Source: Thermodesulfobacteriota bacterium
GTDB lineage: Bacteria > Desulfobacterota_D > UBA1144 > Nemesobacterales > UBA2774
Length of the DNA stretch: 64,000 nt
Assembly (NCBI GenBank): GCA_963422265.1
Contig: OY729416.1
Span: 64,001-128,000, forward strand
Reading direction: 5' to 3'
The position numbers and the translations under genes were made by a program. Position 1 is the first letter of the stretch, and every line of letters begins with the position of its first letter. This document shows, one piece after another, positions 63,315-64,000 of the stretch. Below the pieces are notes generated by a model, which worked only from the letters and a program-made list of their open reading frames with translations, did not search any database and had not been told where the DNA came from.

Positions 63315-64000
63315 TCAATTGAGGTCAACGGATACTACGGTTGAGTCTCCGCCCTTGTTCGAGGTAATTCCGATAAGCGAGTTGACGTCCTGCATCGTTC
63401 TTTTATTGTGAGTGACCAATATAATCTGAGAGTTTTTGTCTATTTCCTTTATCAATTCTATAAAACAAGAAGTATTTCTATCGTCGAGCGGGGCGTCTAT
63501 TTCATCTAACAACAAAAACGGCGGGGGTTTGATGAGACAAGCCGATATTACAAGCGCGATTGCTGATAATGCTTTTTCTCCGCCTGAAAGTAGGGTTATT
63601 GGTTGAAACTTTTTTCCTCTCGGTCTTACCACCACGTCAACGCCCGACTCAAGCACGTCATCTGGATCCGTAAGTATTAACTTTCCTTCGCCTCCCCGAA
63701 AAATCCTGCTGAAGACCTCGCGGAACTTCTTTTCTATAGCTTCGTATGTTTCCCCAAATCTTTTTTTAGATTCCTTGTCAATTTTGGTTATAGCTTTTCC
63801 TAGGGAGACAAGGGCTTTAGTGATGTCTTGCATCTGCGCAGTCAGAAAATCGTATCTCTCTTCTAGCCTATTGTATTCCTCGGGAGCGAGCAGGTTTACG
63901 GGTCCGAATCTTTCAATTCGGCTCTGAAATTCCCTCAATTTAGCCTCTTCAGCCTCTACGTCTATATTCAGGCAATCCTGTGGAGTGGAATCTGTGACGG
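63315..64000 (-). CDS. smc: Chromosome segregation protein SMC, 3' part (runs off the window end)
   Basis: GPVNLLAPEEY, LSGGEK, LLDEIDAPLD, VTH. Confidence 0.96.
   Translation of the reverse strand, partial: VTDSTPQDCLNIDVEAEEAKLREFQSRIERFGPVNLLAPEEYNRLEERYDFLTAQMQDITKALVSLGKAITKIDKESKKRFGETYEAIEKKFREVFSRIFRGGEGKLILTDPDDVLESGVDVVVRPRGKKFQPITLLSGGEKALSAIALVISACLIKPPPFLLLDEIDAPLDDRNTSCFIELIKEIDKNSQIILVTHNKRTMQDVNSLIGITSNKGGDSTVVSVDLN

Overview
A 64-kb, mostly housekeeping stretch of a bacterial chromosome. Gene content and order look Desulfobacterota-like, possibly Candidatus Dadabacteria; this is an inference, not a database result. RNA genes: a 16S-tRNA(Ile)-tRNA(Ala)-23S operon with no linked 5S, two further tRNAs and the RNase P RNA. 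About 55 CDS include a cobalamin-type ABC transporter, tandem-domain thyX, moeZ, F420 genes cofD/cofG/cofH, pal-cpoB, hemL, an F0-only atp cluster, tyrS, tgt-yajC-secDF, pheS, etfBA, argBDF, secA and the 3' end of smc. The most notable observations are: (1) an orphan, AT-rich gene fusing a B3/EcoRII-N-like DNA-binding domain to an HNH nuclease, back-to-back with the rRNA promoter; (2) a helically phased array of DnaA-box-like 9-mers between folK and folD; (3) nested, modular REP-like palindromic elements filling most large intergenic gaps, with no mobilising gene in the window; (4) about a dozen 12-20 bp tandem duplications; (5) several intact ORFs that look like pseudoenzymes (a sirtuin lacking its catalytic His and NAD motifs, a KdsC-like protein lacking its Asp residues, a zinc-less DUF35); (6) a SecA insert resembling the Thermotogae/Aquificae signature insert; and (7) an amber-interrupted coiled-coil/TM gene. 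No CRISPR array, integrase or transposase was seen.
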